This document shows positions 15,131 through 15,768 of a stretch of DNA of 15,768 nucleotides, piece by piece. The translations under genes were made by a program, and so were the position numbers. Source of the stretch: Promethearchaeia archaeon (lineage in GTDB: Archaea; Asgardarchaeota; Lokiarchaeia; Sigyniarchaeales; SOKP01); contig JAHQWL010000091.1 in NCBI GenBank assembly GCA_029856155.1, forward strand, positions 1-15,768. Reading direction: 5' to 3'. How positions within the stretch are numbered: position 1 is the first letter of the stretch; each line of letters opens with the position of its first letter. A model generated the notes under the pieces. It was not told the origin of the DNA. It made no database searches and saw only the letters and a program-made list of their open reading frames with translations.

Positions 15131-15768
15131 TTAGATAGTAAGTTGTTCGAATCTGGCCTGGAAAAACCGTAAATGTTTAGGTTCAAAAACCATTTTTAAA
15201 CCGGGGATAGTATCTCTCTTCTCATAAAGCCTAATTAAAGACTCCGCGACATATTCCATATGTGTATTAGTGTATACTCTTCGTGGAATTGTAAACCGAA
15301 CTAGTTCTAATGCAGGAAAAATATTTTCACTGGTTTCTTTATCTCTACCTTTAGATATTGCCCCTCTTTCCATCGTTCTAACAGCAGAGTCTTCGTAGAT
15401 CGCAGCTGAAAGAGTTTGTGCTGGCCATTGTTCCCGTGGTAAGTGAGGCAAGAACTTTAAAGCATTTACAAATACGGCATGACTTCCTATAGGCTTCACA
15501 ATTGGAACATTAGCTTTTTTTAATAAATCTCCTAAATATTTTACTTGATTAATACGATACTTTAAATACTCATATTCCGCTCCTTCCCGTAACCCACATG
15601 CTACCGCTTCCATATCTCGACCTGCCATTCCACCATAAGTATGAAGTCCTTCGAATAAAACAACCATTCCTCGTGTGTAATCGAAGATGTCTTTATTATG
15701 AGTAGCTAAGAATCCCCCCATATTTACTAAACAATCCTTTTTCGCGCTATATATACATCCATCTGAAT
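15131..15768 (-). CDS. tpl: Tyrosine phenol-lyase-like beta-eliminating lyase (tryptophanase family), 3' part; continues beyond the window
   Basis: The frame is open to the window end and reads SDGCIYSAKKDCLVNMGGF (PLP lysine). Other motifs are YGGMAGRDMEA, RTMERG, TIPRRVYT and LRFFQARF. Confidence 0.8.
   Translation of the reverse strand, partial: SDGCIYSAKKDCLVNMGGFLATHNKDIFDYTRGMVVLFEGLHTYGGMAGRDMEAVACGLREGAEYEYLKYRINQVKYLGDLLKKANVPIVKPIGSHAVFVNALKFLPHLPREQWPAQTLSAAIYEDSAVRTMERGAISKGRDKETSENIFPALELVRFTIPRRVYTNTHMEYVAESLIRLYEKRDTIPGLKMVFEPKHLRFFQARFEQLTI

Noticed and set aside
1-15768. CRISPR array, tRNA/rRNA, IS/transposase or integrase
   Set aside because: No regularly spaced repeats, no GC-rich structured RNA-like segment, and no recombinase motifs were seen in any ORF.
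15131-15768. Calling the last gene tryptophanase (tnaA) starting at ATG 15721
   Set aside because: The frame continues upstream through the PLP-lysine motif to the window edge, and the specificity residues are TPL-type.

Overview
AT-rich archaeal window, very probably from an Asgard archaeon (Lokiarchaeia/Promethearchaeota). The assignment is inferred from an IPGY-TM-basic (Loki-CTERM-type) sorting tail, a Loki-style NosD/beta-helix surface protein, oligo-T terminators and a longin/uDENN-like protein. Gene order: 5'-truncated beta-helix + Ig surface protein (+); AEC transporter (-); MFS transporter (+); bPH-like membrane protein (-); mandelate-racemase-subgroup enolase-superfamily enzyme (-); a two-gene unit of a uDENN/longin-like + beta-sandwich protein and a divergent GNAT (+); ICMT/PEMT-family methyltransferase (-); 4-fold beta-flower-like protein (-); 1.1-kaa multidomain glutamyl-endopeptidase-like surface protease (+); MalY/PatB C-S lyase with foreign codon usage (+); and the 3' part of a tyrosine phenol-lyase-like gene (-). 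Not shown by the ORF track: two decayed, gapless, same-strand partial copies of the GNAT gene lie in intergenic DNA (9549-9638 and 14962-15081). They border the accessory genes, suggesting repeated duplication or insertion events at this locus. All family calls come from motif recognition only; no searches were run.
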